DNA of 58,411 nucleotides from Limnohabitans sp. (GTDB taxonomy: Bacteria > Pseudomonadota > Gammaproteobacteria > Burkholderiales > Burkholderiaceae_C), in assembly GCA_018883305.1 (NCBI GenBank), contig VEQI01000001.1, positions 1 to 58,411 on the forward strand. The letters run 5' to 3'. Below, piece after piece: positions 28,729 through 38,744 of this stretch; positions within the stretch are counted from its first letter, which is position 1; every line of letters starts with the position of its first letter. Position numbers and translations under genes: made by a program. Under the pieces are notes generated by a model, which saw only the letters and a list, made by a program, of their open reading frames with translations, was not told where the DNA came from and searched no databases.

Positions 28729-29166
28729 ATGTTGATGTCTTCTTCCACTGCTTTACCGTCGTCACTGGGAACGGGCCATGCCGGCATCGACCATGACCAC
28801 GAAGAATTGATGGCCCTGTGCCAGTCGCTGCCTCAGACGCTTGACGATGAACTGCCTGCAGCATTTCATGCCTTGCACACGCGGTTTGCCGCCCATTTTG
28901 CCCAAGAGGATGCCTTGATGGCCCAGCAAGACTTCTCCTCTCGTCAGTGTCATCTGGACGAACACGCCGCGGTGCTGCAATCCTTCGAGGACGTTGGCGC
29001 TGCACTGCGGGAAGGCCGGATGGACCCTGCACGCCGCATGGGCGCGGCCCTGATCGACTGGCTCCCCGAGCACATCGACGCCCTGGATCGGCATCTGGCC
29101 AAGTTCATGTTCTATCAACAGACGGGGGGCGCACCCGTGCTGATCCGTCGACCAGGACGCGCATGA
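28729..29166 (+). CDS. Single-domain bacteriohemerythrin
   Basis: Full di-iron ligand set: IDHDH, HFAQE, HLDEH and WLPEHIDALD. Confidence 0.88.
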   Translation: MLMSSSTALPSSLGTGHAGIDHDHEELMALCQSLPQTLDDELPAAFHALHTRFAAHFAQEDALMAQQDFSSRQCHLDEHAAVLQSFEDVGAALREGRMDPARRMGAALIDWLPEHIDALDRHLAKFMFYQQTGGAPVLIRRPGRA

Positions 29167-30122
29167 CGCAAGGCATCCTTTCACTGCGCGTGAACGCCAT
29201 CCGTCATGAGGCGCAAGGCATTTTGTCGTTCGAATTCGTCGACCCTTCGAGTCATTCCCTGCCGGCGTTTCAGGCGGGGGCTCACATCGACGTCCATTTA
29301 CCAAATGGGGAAGTTCGATGCTATTCGCTTTGCAACAGCAGTGAGGAAACCCACCGTTACGTGGTGGCCGTGGCACGCGATGCCCATGGCCGAGGTGGCT
29401 CTGCCTACATGCACGACACGCTCAGAGTGGGACACACGCTGCGCATCGGCAGGCCACGTCAACATTTCCCGCTGCGCGAAGACGCCACTCAGACGGTTTT
29501 GATCGCCGGGGGCATCGGCATCACGCCGATCTGGAGCATGGTGCAGCGACTTCAGCAACTGGGGCGTGACTGGTCATTGCATTACGCCACACGCAGCCGT
29601 GCACACGCGGCATTCCTAGCCGAGTTGACGGCTTTGGGGCAGGCACATCCTGGCCGTGTTCATCTGCATTTTGACCAAGAGCAGGGCCTGTTCGATCTCG
29701 CCCCCCTCTTGCGAAACGGTGCCAAGGCTGGCACCCATGTGTACTGCTGTGGCCCCAGACCGATGTTGGCCTCCTTTGAACTGGCCACCTCGGACTGGCC
29801 GCCCGAGCAAGTGCATCTCGAATACTTTCAAGCCCAGGATGTGCCTGCCCTGGTGCAGGGCCTGGAGGTTGAGCTTCATCGCGCCGGCAAGACACTGGTA
29901 GTGGCCGAAGGCCAATCGGTGCTGGACGCCGTGCTGGATGCCGGTGTGGATGTGGCGTTCTCCTGCATGGCGGGCATTTGTGGCTCATGCGAGGTGACCG
30001 TGCTTGCGGGCGAGCCTGATCACCGTGACAGTGTGCTGTCCGAGCAACAAAAGGCCACCAACAAGACCATGATGATTTGCTGCTCCGGGGCCAAGTCAGC
30101 GCGTCTTGTCCTCGACCTGTGA
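29163..30122 (+). CDS. PDR/VanB family FMN/[2Fe-2S] reductase
   Basis: RCYSL, GRGGS, AGGIGITP, YCCGP, EYF and SCMAGICGSC...CCS. ATGA overlap with the hemerythrin stop. Confidence 0.95.
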   Translation: MTQGILSLRVNAIRHEAQGILSFEFVDPSSHSLPAFQAGAHIDVHLPNGEVRCYSLCNSSEETHRYVVAVARDAHGRGGSAYMHDTLRVGHTLRIGRPRQHFPLREDATQTVLIAGGIGITPIWSMVQRLQQLGRDWSLHYATRSRAHAAFLAELTALGQAHPGRVHLHFDQEQGLFDLAPLLRNGAKAGTHVYCCGPRPMLASFELATSDWPPEQVHLEYFQAQDVPALVQGLEVELHRAGKTLVVAEGQSVLDAVLDAGVDVAFSCMAGICGSCEVTVLAGEPDHRDSVLSEQQKATNKTMMICCSGAKSARLVLDL

Positions 30123-30157
30123 GTCGCCCTGAGACCTTATTTCTCTAAGGAATTCCA

Positions 30158-31435
30158 ATGCTTAGCCATGAACAAAACGAGATCCTGACCCGCGTGGGCA
30201 AAGGCACCCCCATGGGCAACACGATGCGCCGCTACTGGCACCCGATCGCCTTGTCCACCGAATTGCCACAACCCGATGGCGACCCCATTCGAGCCAAGTT
30301 GCTGGGCGAGACCTTTGTGGTGTTTCGAGACTCCAACGGCAAAGTGGGGGTGATGGACGAACTGTGTCTGCACCGTGGCGCCTCCATGGCCCTGGGTCGG
30401 GTCGAGGATGGCGGCATTCGCTGCCTCTACCATGGCTGGAAGTTCGACGTCAGCGGCAAGTTGCTGGAAACACCCAATCATGCCGATCCTCGGGTGAAAG
30501 AACGCCTGCATGCCAAAGCCTATCCCGTGCGCGAACAATCCGGGCTGATCTGGACCTACATCGGCCCGAAAGAACACGAACCTGTCTTTCGCGAGTATGC
30601 CTACGACAAGGTCCCCAGCGGCCAACGCATCCTGTTCAAGCTGGTGGTCAAGGCCAACTACTTGCAAATGTGGGAGGGTGGCACCGACAGTTCGCACGTC
30701 AGCATCCTGCACAGCAATGTCACTCGTCCCGGTTGGTTGGCTGAGTCGGGTGGCGCGCCCCCCGTCAATGACATGGTCAACCCCGCCTGGGACGACATGT
30801 CGCCACAGTTGGAAATCGAGAACACGGGGTTTGGCTTCCATTACGTGGGAAAGCGCAAGTCAGCGCAACCGGGGCAGAGCAACATCCGTCTGGTGCCGTT
30901 GTTCATGCCCACGGGACGCATCATCGAATTCCCAGACTTCTACACCACGGTGTTCGACACACCGCTTGATGATGAAACCACGGCCAGCTATCTGATTGAT
31001 GCCAGCGATACCCGCCCACTGAATCTGGAGGATCGACTGACACGCTCGGGCCTGCGTGAAGAGCGGTTCTTTAAAGACAGTCACTTCATGGCGTCTTGGG
31101 ACAACCAGTTCCACCAGGACCGACAAGCCATGCGTGAAAAACGCAGTTGGAGCGGGTTTCATGGGATCACCCAGGAAGACGCCGTGATCTCTACCTCCAT
31201 GGGGCCTATCTACGACCGGACCACCGAACACCTGGTGGCGGCGGACGCGGCCATCGTTCGTCTACGCCAACGCCTGCTGGATTCGGTGCGCTTGTGCGAG
31301 AGCGGGCAGCGGCCCATCGGGGTGGACTTGCATGACCTGACACAGATGCGCGGATTTGACAAAAACATCCAGGAAGACGAGTCCTGGAAACCACATGCCG
31401 CCTACCATCTTGAGCACTATCCGGTGAAAGACTAA
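30158..31435 (+). CDS. Rieske non-heme iron oxygenase (phthalate 4,5-dioxygenase/LigXa-like)
   Basis: LTRVGKGTPMG..MRRYW, CLH-x16-CLYH, EGGTDSSHVSILH, QED and EHL..AD. Confidence 0.93.
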   Translation: MLSHEQNEILTRVGKGTPMGNTMRRYWHPIALSTELPQPDGDPIRAKLLGETFVVFRDSNGKVGVMDELCLHRGASMALGRVEDGGIRCLYHGWKFDVSGKLLETPNHADPRVKERLHAKAYPVREQSGLIWTYIGPKEHEPVFREYAYDKVPSGQRILFKLVVKANYLQMWEGGTDSSHVSILHSNVTRPGWLAESGGAPPVNDMVNPAWDDMSPQLEIENTGFGFHYVGKRKSAQPGQSNIRLVPLFMPTGRIIEFPDFYTTVFDTPLDDETTASYLIDASDTRPLNLEDRLTRSGLREERFFKDSHFMASWDNQFHQDRQAMREKRSWSGFHGITQEDAVISTSMGPIYDRTTEHLVAADAAIVRLRQRLLDSVRLCESGQRPIGVDLHDLTQMRGFDKNIQEDESWKPHAAYHLEHYPVKD

Positions 31436-31438
31436 GGC

Positions 31439-32323
31439 ATGGCGCCGGTTGAATTTGATGTGGTCACACGCCTCTATCAGAACCGTTTTGACCCCGAGGT
31501 GATGGCCGCCACCGTGGCGCACTGGACGCCACGGGTCGTTGATCGACAGACCGACCGTCTGCCCTGCATCACTGACATGGCCTATGGTGACGATGAACGT
31601 CACCGGCTGGATATTTTCCCCGTCAAAGGTCGTGGTGCGCCGGTGGTGTTGTTCGTCCATGGGGGCGGGTTTGTAGGTGGAGACAAGCGTGTGGCCCCAC
31701 CCTTTTACGCCAATGTGGGCATGTACTTTGCCGCACACGGCATGGTAGGCGCCTGCATGAACTACCGGCGTGCGCCCACCGGTGGGTGGCCGGCAGCGGC
31801 GCAAGATGTGCATGCCGCCGTGCAATGGTTGCTGAACCGCTGTGACTTGTATGGCGGTGACCCTGCCCGATTGGTGGTCGTTGGTCAGTCGGCGGGAGCA
31901 TGCCATGTGGCCACCTGGCTGTTTGACGATGCCTTCAACAGTGACGTGCGTCAGCGTGTGAGCGCCGTCATTCTGATGAGTGGTTTCTACCAGGCGACAG
32001 CGCCACTGAGTCCGGGGCAGAGGGCTTACTTTGGGGACAACGTTGCCCTGTACGAATCGCGGTCTCCACTGACCCATGCGAAGGCGCTGGCGCAGCCTGT
32101 GTTGATCACCCGCGCCGAATTCGATCCGCCGGATCTGCGACGACAGTCGCAGGCGTTGATGTCGGCCATGACCAGCGCTCACCGCACACCGCAGACCCTG
32201 GACTTGGCGGGTCACAACCATGTGTCTCCGCTCATGAGTCTGGGCAGCGACGATGATCAAGTGGGGCTGCTGTTGCGCCGTTTCATTTCACATGCCACAG
32301 CGCCTGCGGCCCAGACGGCCTAG
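31439..32323 (+). CDS. Alpha/beta hydrolase (HSL-like esterase)
   Basis: HGGG oxyanion hole, GQSAG nucleophile, EFDP and GHNH. Confidence 0.92.
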   Translation: MAPVEFDVVTRLYQNRFDPEVMAATVAHWTPRVVDRQTDRLPCITDMAYGDDERHRLDIFPVKGRGAPVVLFVHGGGFVGGDKRVAPPFYANVGMYFAAHGMVGACMNYRRAPTGGWPAAAQDVHAAVQWLLNRCDLYGGDPARLVVVGQSAGACHVATWLFDDAFNSDVRQRVSAVILMSGFYQATAPLSPGQRAYFGDNVALYESRSPLTHAKALAQPVLITRAEFDPPDLRRQSQALMSAMTSAHRTPQTLDLAGHNHVSPLMSLGSDDDQVGLLLRRFISHATAPAAQTA

Positions 32324-32336
32324 GACACACCACATG

Positions 32337-33248
32337 TCAGGCCAATCGTTGCAAATGCTCTCTTACCAGATCCAGGAAGGCATGCGTGGTCTCCGACAGG
32401 ACGTGGCCTTGGCGTGTATGCACCAGCAGACTGCGCTCTATGGTGGGATCATGCAACTGCTTGGCCACCAGCGAAACCTCATGCGGACTGCCCTTGACCA
32501 GGTAACCGGGAACCACCACCACGCCCAGGCCCTGCGCCACCAAGGCCAGCGCGGTGTGGATGTACATCACCTCATACGCGGGCCAGTAGGTTCGACCCAC
32601 CCGCGCCAGCGCGTCGCTCACGATTTGCTGCACCTGGGTGCCACGTGTCAGGTTGATCAAGGGTACTTCGCGCAAGTCCTCCCAAGTCACACGCTTGCGT
32701 TTGGCCAGGGGCGAATCCTTGGTACACACCACGCACAGATGATCCACCACCAGTGGATGCCGGGTCACCGCCTCGGGTTCGTGCTCAAAAAAACCGATGC
32801 TGAACTCGACATCTTCACTGAGCACACGCTGGATCAGGCTGGAATCGGCCGCGTCGTGAAACAGGATCTTGACCTCAGGGAACCGGCGCTTGAATTCCGC
32901 CAGTACCGTTGGCACCAGTGTGGACGACAGCGCTGGAGCGCAGGTAAACGCCAGTGCGCGCTCCATTTGCTCCGCATGGTCGCGCATGTGAATGCCCAGC
33001 GTGTCCACATTGTTCAGAATGATCTCTACTTGCCGGTAAGCCTCATCTGCCGCTTTGGTGGGTCGCAGGACACGCGGCGTGCGCTCAAACAACTGCACGC
33101 CCAGCTCTTCCTCGAATTGTCGGATGAGCGCACTCATGGCGGATTGGGTCACATGCTGCGCCTCGGCCGCATGCGTGAGATTGCGCAATCGGTAGGCCTC
33201 CACAAAGGCGCGCATCTGGCGCAGGGTGATGTTCAAACGGGCCGGCAT
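32337..33248 (-). CDS. LysR family transcriptional regulator
   Basis: ITLRQMRAF...NLTHAAEAQHVTQSAMSALIRQFEEELGVQLFERT. Divergent from a Rieske gene. Confidence 0.95.
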   Translation of the reverse strand: MPARLNITLRQMRAFVEAYRLRNLTHAAEAQHVTQSAMSALIRQFEEELGVQLFERTPRVLRPTKAADEAYRQVEIILNNVDTLGIHMRDHAEQMERALAFTCAPALSSTLVPTVLAEFKRRFPEVKILFHDAADSSLIQRVLSEDVEFSIGFFEHEPEAVTRHPLVVDHLCVVCTKDSPLAKRKRVTWEDLREVPLINLTRGTQVQQIVSDALARVGRTYWPAYEVMYIHTALALVAQGLGVVVVPGYLVKGSPHEVSLVAKQLHDPTIERSLLVHTRQGHVLSETTHAFLDLVREHLQRLA

Positions 33249-33304
33249 GATTCATTATCACATCGGGATATGCCGCTTGCAGTCCCACACGTCGAGGAGA
33301 AACC

Positions 33305-34576
33305 ATGCTGAATGATGAAGACAATCAGCGCATGTGTCGAGTGGGGGCCAATCAACCCATGGGGCGTTTGCTGCGGCGGCACTGGCTCCCTGTGATGTCG
33401 ACGGATCGCCTGAAGATAGGAGGCGATCCCTTGCCCGTCAGACTGGTGGGCGAAGACTTCGTGGCGTGGCGGGACGACAGCGGTCGCGTCGGCTTGTTTG
33501 ACCAGTCATGTCTGCATCGAAGCGCCTCCATGTCGCTCGCGCGTGCTGAAGGTGATGGACTTCGATGCATTTACCACGGCTGGAAGTTTGCCGTGGATGG
33601 GACCGTACTCGACACACCCAACGTCGCTGACCCGGCCTTTGCGCGTCGTTTAAAAGGCCGAACCCACCCGGTGCGAGAGGCGGGTGGCTTGCTATGGACC
33701 TACTTAGGACCGCCAGACGAGATGCCCGCATTTCCTGATTGGCCTTGGATGTCCTTGCCCGACGCCCAACGCCTGGTGGTGCCTCATGTGCAGGCCTGCA
33801 ATTTCGTGCAGGTGATTGAAGGACTGGTTGACTCTTCTCACCTGGGCGTTTTGCATTCCAACGGCTTGCGTCAGGCCACCCGCAGTGACCTGGGCTTTGC
33901 GCAGAAGGTTCAGTCCATGCAGTTCAACCTGGCACCACGCCTGGAAGCGCAGGACTCGGACTTTGGCTTTTATTACGCTGCCCTGCGTGACAGTCCTGAC
34001 GCCACCACCGTGGAAGCTCGCGTCACCGCCTTCGTGGCCCCTTTCACGGTCCTGAACCCGAACGGCGACATCATGTCCTTGCTGGTGCCCATCGACGACA
34101 CGCACACAGTTTTCTACCACGTGTTCTGGAGCCCCACCGAGCCACTCAATCGCGAGCCTTTGCGCAGTCGCCACCTGGACTTCATCGGACTGACGGATGA
34201 CGCACTGGTGCGATTCGGTCTGACACCGGACACCATGGGCACACCGGGCACGCCATCACCCGCCAACAACTTTCAGCAAGACCGTGTCGCCATGCGCGGG
34301 GGCTTGAGCTTCAGTGGCCTGCCAGGACTGATTGAGGAAGATGTCGCGGTGGCGGTTTCTTCCGGGCCGGTGCGAGACCGAACGCGTGAAGTCCTGTGCG
34401 GCGCGGACGTGGCCATTCGGCGTCTGTATAACGCGTTGCTGCGCGCCCTTGATCAACCGGTGCCCCCCATCGACTACCAGACCATTACCGGCACGCATGC
34501 CCAACTGGACAGCCGCGCTGACTGGCGTGAACTCCTCCCCACCCTGCAAACCTCTACACCGCAAGGAGACCACTGA
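33305..34576 (+). CDS. Rieske non-heme iron oxygenase (phthalate 4,5-dioxygenase-like)
   Basis: PMGRLLRRHW, CLH-x16-CIYH, EGLVDSSHLGVLH and EED. Confidence 0.93.
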   Translation: MLNDEDNQRMCRVGANQPMGRLLRRHWLPVMSTDRLKIGGDPLPVRLVGEDFVAWRDDSGRVGLFDQSCLHRSASMSLARAEGDGLRCIYHGWKFAVDGTVLDTPNVADPAFARRLKGRTHPVREAGGLLWTYLGPPDEMPAFPDWPWMSLPDAQRLVVPHVQACNFVQVIEGLVDSSHLGVLHSNGLRQATRSDLGFAQKVQSMQFNLAPRLEAQDSDFGFYYAALRDSPDATTVEARVTAFVAPFTVLNPNGDIMSLLVPIDDTHTVFYHVFWSPTEPLNREPLRSRHLDFIGLTDDALVRFGLTPDTMGTPGTPSPANNFQQDRVAMRGGLSFSGLPGLIEEDVAVAVSSGPVRDRTREVLCGADVAIRRLYNALLRALDQPVPPIDYQTITGTHAQLDSRADWRELLPTLQTSTPQGDH

Positions 34577-35550
34577 TGCAACGACGAACCCTGCTGGCCA
34601 GTGCAGTCCTCACGCCTCTGGGGCTGGGGAACGCACACGCCCAGACACCAGCCTATCCCGCCAAGCCCATCAAGCTGCTGAACTCCAGCCCACCCGGCAG
34701 CACCTTCGACACCATTGCGCGCGCGGCTTGCGTTGAAGCAGAGAAGCGCCTGGGGCAACCCATCATCACGGACTATCGCTCCGGTGCTGGTGGCACGCCT
34801 GCTTTTGTGGCCGCCAAGCGTGCCGCACCAGATGGCTATACCCTGGTGGTGCTGTCGTTGAGCACGATTCGCCAACCCATTCAACAAGACGTTGGCTATG
34901 AAAGTGTGCAAGACTTCACCTGGATTGCCTCACTGGCGGAAATCAACTTTGGGGTGATCGTTCCGGCTGACTCACCGTTCAAGAGTTGGAAAGACTTGCT
35001 CGCCTTCGCCAAGGCTGACCCCAAGAAAGTCACCTATGGCTGTCCTTCGGGCTTGGGCAACAGCGCCCACATCTTCGGTTCTGAAATCGGTGCGCGCGAA
35101 GGACTGGACTGGCTGCCCGTGCCGTTTCGTGCCAGCAATGACTGCATGACGGCACTGCTGGGTGGACAACTCACTTTTGCCATCGACACCCTGATCAGCG
35201 CTGCACCGCAGGTGAAAGCCGGCAAGGTGCGTGCCCTGGCCTTGGCCACCTCCCAACGCTCCAGACTGTGGCCCGATGTACCCACCATCAAGGAGCTGGG
35301 CTATGACATCACCATCGAGAGCCCGGTGGGCATTGGTGGACCCGCTGATATGCCAGCGCCCGTGGTGCAAGCACTGCAGGAAGCCTTTCGTTTTGCAGCA
35401 GAGCGTCCGGCCTTCATTCAACTGTTGGAAAACGGCGCCCTGCGCCCCTGGTTCATGCCTGCCACGGAGTTCCAGAGTTTTGCGCTTCGAGCCGAGCGCG
35501 AACAACGTGCGCTGATGACCAAGTACGGCTTTGCCAAAAAACCCGGCTGA
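34576..35550 (+). CDS. Bug/TctC substrate-binding protein
   Basis: QRRTLL leader, YPAKPIKL, APDGYTL and PDVPT. TGATG coupling to the Rieske gene. Confidence 0.9.
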   Translation: MQRRTLLASAVLTPLGLGNAHAQTPAYPAKPIKLLNSSPPGSTFDTIARAACVEAEKRLGQPIITDYRSGAGGTPAFVAAKRAAPDGYTLVVLSLSTIRQPIQQDVGYESVQDFTWIASLAEINFGVIVPADSPFKSWKDLLAFAKADPKKVTYGCPSGLGNSAHIFGSEIGAREGLDWLPVPFRASNDCMTALLGGQLTFAIDTLISAAPQVKAGKVRALALATSQRSRLWPDVPTIKELGYDITIESPVGIGGPADMPAPVVQALQEAFRFAAERPAFIQLLENGALRPWFMPATEFQSFALRAEREQRALMTKYGFAKKPG

Positions 35551-35566
35551 CCCATTAGGAGCGCGC

Positions 35567-36406
35567 ATGCCATCCCACCCCTCCTCAATCACGCCCGCCA
35601 TGTCGGATATGTCCTACCGCGGCCTGCTGTCACTGCAGGGTCGTGTCTTTGTGGTGCTCGGTGCCGGTCAAGGCATTGGCGAACAGGTGAGCCACGCGTT
35701 GTCCGAATGTGGCGCCACGGTGGTCTGTGTCGATTCAGATCCTTGGCGGGCACAAGCAGTCGCAGAGACGGTTCATGGGATTCCCGTGTCCGCCGATATC
35801 ACCCAGGCCAGCGACATGGAGCGGGTGTTTCAGACGGCCAGCGCCTTGCCTGCCAGCGGGCCGCTGGGCCTGGTGGATGTGGTGGGCATGGTGATCCCCA
35901 ATGACCTGACCCATGGCACCGAGTCTGGGTGGTCGCGTCAATTTCAGTTGGTCCTCGACCACGCCTGGCTGGCCATGCGCGTGGGAGCGCGTGCCATGCA
36001 GGGTCGTGGCGGATCCATGGTGTTCATTGGCTCGATTGCCGGCACGGTGGTACGCAGTGGTGCTGCACTGGCGTATGCCAGCGCCAAAGCGGCTCTTCAC
36101 CACCTGGTCAAGGGTGTGGCGCAAGATCTGGCTCCGCAAGGCATACGAGTCAATGCCGTTGCACCGGGGCTCACACGCACGCCCCGGTTGGTGGCCTCCA
36201 ATCCAGACAGTTTCTGGACCACTGAGGCCGCACGCATCCCGCTGCGGCGTGTAGGCATGCCTTCAGACATTGCAGCCGCCGTGCTGTTTCTCTCTTCTCC
36301 GCTGGCAGACTTTGTCACCGGACAAATTCTTGCCGTGGATGGCGGGTCTTCACTGGCCTCCGGCGGTGGGTTCAATCTGGCGGCATCTGGACCAGCCCCG
36401 ACTTGA
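35567..36406 (+). CDS. SDR family oxidoreductase
   Basis: GAGQGIG, YASAK, GIRVNAVAPG and VDGG. AGGAG RBS before ATG 35567. Confidence 0.92.
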   Translation: MPSHPSSITPAMSDMSYRGLLSLQGRVFVVLGAGQGIGEQVSHALSECGATVVCVDSDPWRAQAVAETVHGIPVSADITQASDMERVFQTASALPASGPLGLVDVVGMVIPNDLTHGTESGWSRQFQLVLDHAWLAMRVGARAMQGRGGSMVFIGSIAGTVVRSGAALAYASAKAALHHLVKGVAQDLAPQGIRVNAVAPGLTRTPRLVASNPDSFWTTEAARIPLRRVGMPSDIAAAVLFLSSPLADFVTGQILAVDGGSSLASGGGFNLAASGPAPT

Positions 36407-36414
36407 CCCCCTCC

Positions 36415-37659
36415 TCAGGACTCGACCGTCTCACTCAGCACATACTCGGACCACACGTCAGTGGCATCCACATCCCGACCAAGTGACTCGCCCTGGGACT
36501 GGTGCTTGGCCAGGGCATCCAGCAGAACCCGCCGCCCCTCCACCACAGCTCGATCCACCGGCCCCAGCTGTTCCTGGGAGCGGTCATAGTCAGCCTGACT
36601 CTCCAAGACGTAGTTGTCCTCGGCCAACAAGGTGAGGGTCGGCACATCCTCAACAAAGCCGGAGAAACTCTCTCCTCGTGCCATGGCCCCGCGGTCCTGA
36701 TTCCATCGGGTCTGGGCAGAACGATCCGGACCAGCTCGCAAGTTGTTGAACAGGTCGTCACGGTCCTTCACTCGTCCCAGGTTGGTCATGCCAAAGCCGG
36801 TTGATTTGAGGGGGCCGTGACGATTGAAGACCACTGACCACAGCAATGTGGTGTGGTCGTCGATGGGCACGCTGATTTTCAAAGCTTTGTCTTCCAGCGG
36901 GTCTGGACTCACCGAGTGGAACTGAACACATGGCATCACAAAATGCCCGGTGGTTTGCTTGCGCGCATCGCGATTGATGTGCATGAAGCCATAAGGCTTG
37001 CGCTCCACCAGCATCTCTGGATAGTCATATTGCATGCCGGTGTCGGTTCGACGACCTTCCTTGGAAAAATAGTTGTCGCCACGAAACGGCATCTGGCGAT
37101 TGGCATCGTGATGCAGGATTTGCGAGTGGAAGACATCCCACAGCGTTTCCAGAGGGCGCAGCCAATTGCAATGCACAATGGCCGTGGCCGTGATGACCTG
37201 ATCATCCGGCAGTGTGGTGAATGCCAGTTCGCGAAACGGTGGCGGCGTGCCCTTGCCCAGCCAGGTCCAGACCATGTCTTGCCGAACCTGCACCGGATGT
37301 GAACGAGACTTGAGACGCTCCAGCGGAAAATGTTCCGGATGCGTGGGTGCTTCCGTCACCAGACCGGCCGCCGAGATTTTCCAGCCGTGATAGATACAAC
37401 GCAGCCCATGGGACTCGTTACGCGCCAGTGCCATGGACGCCGCACGATGGGGGCAGGCCTCATCCATCAGGCCAATCTCGCCCTCAGGCGAACGAAAGGC
37501 CACCAGGGGCTGGCCCAAAATGGTGAGCCGATGCGGTGGCGCTCCGGCGATAAGCTGCGAGGTGCGAATGACCGGGATCCAGTATTCCCGCATCAGCTGG
37601 CCCATGGGCGCATCCCCGGTACATTGGGTGATCAAACGGCTTTTTTCGCGATCCAGCAT
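36415..37659 (-). CDS. Rieske non-heme iron oxygenase (divergent phthalate 4,5-dioxygenase-like)
   Basis: PMGQLMREYWIP, CPH-x16-CIYH, ETLWDVFHSQILH and AED. Confidence 0.92.
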   Translation of the reverse strand: MLDREKSRLITQCTGDAPMGQLMREYWIPVIRTSQLIAGAPPHRLTILGQPLVAFRSPEGEIGLMDEACPHRAASMALARNESHGLRCIYHGWKISAAGLVTEAPTHPEHFPLERLKSRSHPVQVRQDMVWTWLGKGTPPPFRELAFTTLPDDQVITATAIVHCNWLRPLETLWDVFHSQILHHDANRQMPFRGDNYFSKEGRRTDTGMQYDYPEMLVERKPYGFMHINRDARKQTTGHFVMPCVQFHSVSPDPLEDKALKISVPIDDHTTLLWSVVFNRHGPLKSTGFGMTNLGRVKDRDDLFNNLRAGPDRSAQTRWNQDRGAMARGESFSGFVEDVPTLTLLAEDNYVLESQADYDRSQEQLGPVDRAVVEGRRVLLDALAKHQSQGESLGRDVDATDVWSEYVLSETVES

Positions 37660-37699
37660 AAAGGCTCCCCGAGCTGTTGACGTTGATAACCAGCGCGGC

Positions 37700-38698
37700 T
37701 CAGCGCTTCTTGGCAAATCCGTAGCGCGTGAGCAGCTCGCGCTGATCAATGTTGGACTGAGCCACAAATTTGCGGTAATCCTCGGTGGACATGTAACGTG
37801 GTCGCTGGTCCACCTTGTCGAGGGCGGCGATCACACTGGGCTGCTCCAGCGAAAACTTGAAGGCATCATGCAATACGCGCACCACTTCAGGCGACATGCC
37901 CGCGGGTCCGCCCAGGCCGGTAGGGCTGTCAATGATGATGGCGTAACCCAGGTCACGCATGGTGGGCACATCGGGGAAGCTTTTCATCCGATGCTCGGAG
38001 GCCACCGCCAGATAGCGTGCCTTTCCGGCGCGCACACTGGCACTGGTGCCAATCACCGTATCCACCGAAAAGCTCACATGCCCCCCCAGCAACGCAGTGA
38101 CACTCTCCGCACTGCCTTTGTACGGCACAGCTTGCCACGCCACTTTTTCACGCGCGGCCACTTCCTCCATGAACAGGTGGGCGCTTTGCCCCAGGCCAGG
38201 CGGCGCTGCGTACGACACCTTCTGCTGGTTGGCGCGGCCCCAGGCCAGCAGATCAGCCCAGGTCTTGAAAGGCGCATCGGCTTGCACCGTGACCGCAAAG
38301 ACGTTGTCCACCATGTTGATGATGTAAGTGAAGTCTTTCATCGGGTCATAGATGGCGTCCTCCATCACGGGCTGTCGCCAAAGCGCCGTGTTGACGGCGC
38401 CAATCGTGTGCCCGTCTGGCGTAGCACTGCGAATGCCCAGAAACGATGTCACGCCTGCTGCGCCGGGGCGGTTCTCGATCACCACGTTCTGGCCCAGCTT
38501 TTTTTCGGCCTCCAATGCCGCCACCCGCATGAAGATGTCCGTAAAACCGCCTGCGGGATAACCCACAATCAATTTGATCGGGCGTGAAGGGAAGGTGGAC
38601 TGCGCCAGGACGGATGGCGCAGCCAGCCAACCCGTGCTGGCCCCTGCGGTGGCCAGCACTTGTCGCCGTGACCATCGCCGTTGAAGCTCGTGACTCAT
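37700..38698 (-). CDS. Bug/TctC substrate-binding protein (Tat-like leader), paralog of 27649-28635
   Basis: SRRQVL leader, FPSRPIKLIVGYPAGGFTD and ENRPGAAG. AGGAGG RBS before ATG 38698. Confidence 0.92.
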   Translation of the reverse strand: MSHELQRRWSRRQVLATAGASTGWLAAPSVLAQSTFPSRPIKLIVGYPAGGFTDIFMRVAALEAEKKLGQNVVIENRPGAAGVTSFLGIRSATPDGHTIGAVNTALWRQPVMEDAIYDPMKDFTYIINMVDNVFAVTVQADAPFKTWADLLAWGRANQQKVSYAAPPGLGQSAHLFMEEVAAREKVAWQAVPYKGSAESVTALLGGHVSFSVDTVIGTSASVRAGKARYLAVASEHRMKSFPDVPTMRDLGYAIIIDSPTGLGGPAGMSPEVVRVLHDAFKFSLEQPSVIAALDKVDQRPRYMSTEDYRKFVAQSNIDQRELLTRYGFAKKR

Positions 38699-38744
38699 CG
38701 CTGATTCCTCCTGGGATTTGCATCGTTGGCCTGGAAACACCGCA

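Noticed and set aside
33247-33262. Possible fourth copy of the Rieske-island motif (TGATTCATTATCAC) at the LysR/Rieske divergent promoter
   Set aside because: The GAT-to-ATC spacing is one base shorter and the flanks differ, so it was not counted, although it could be a variant site.
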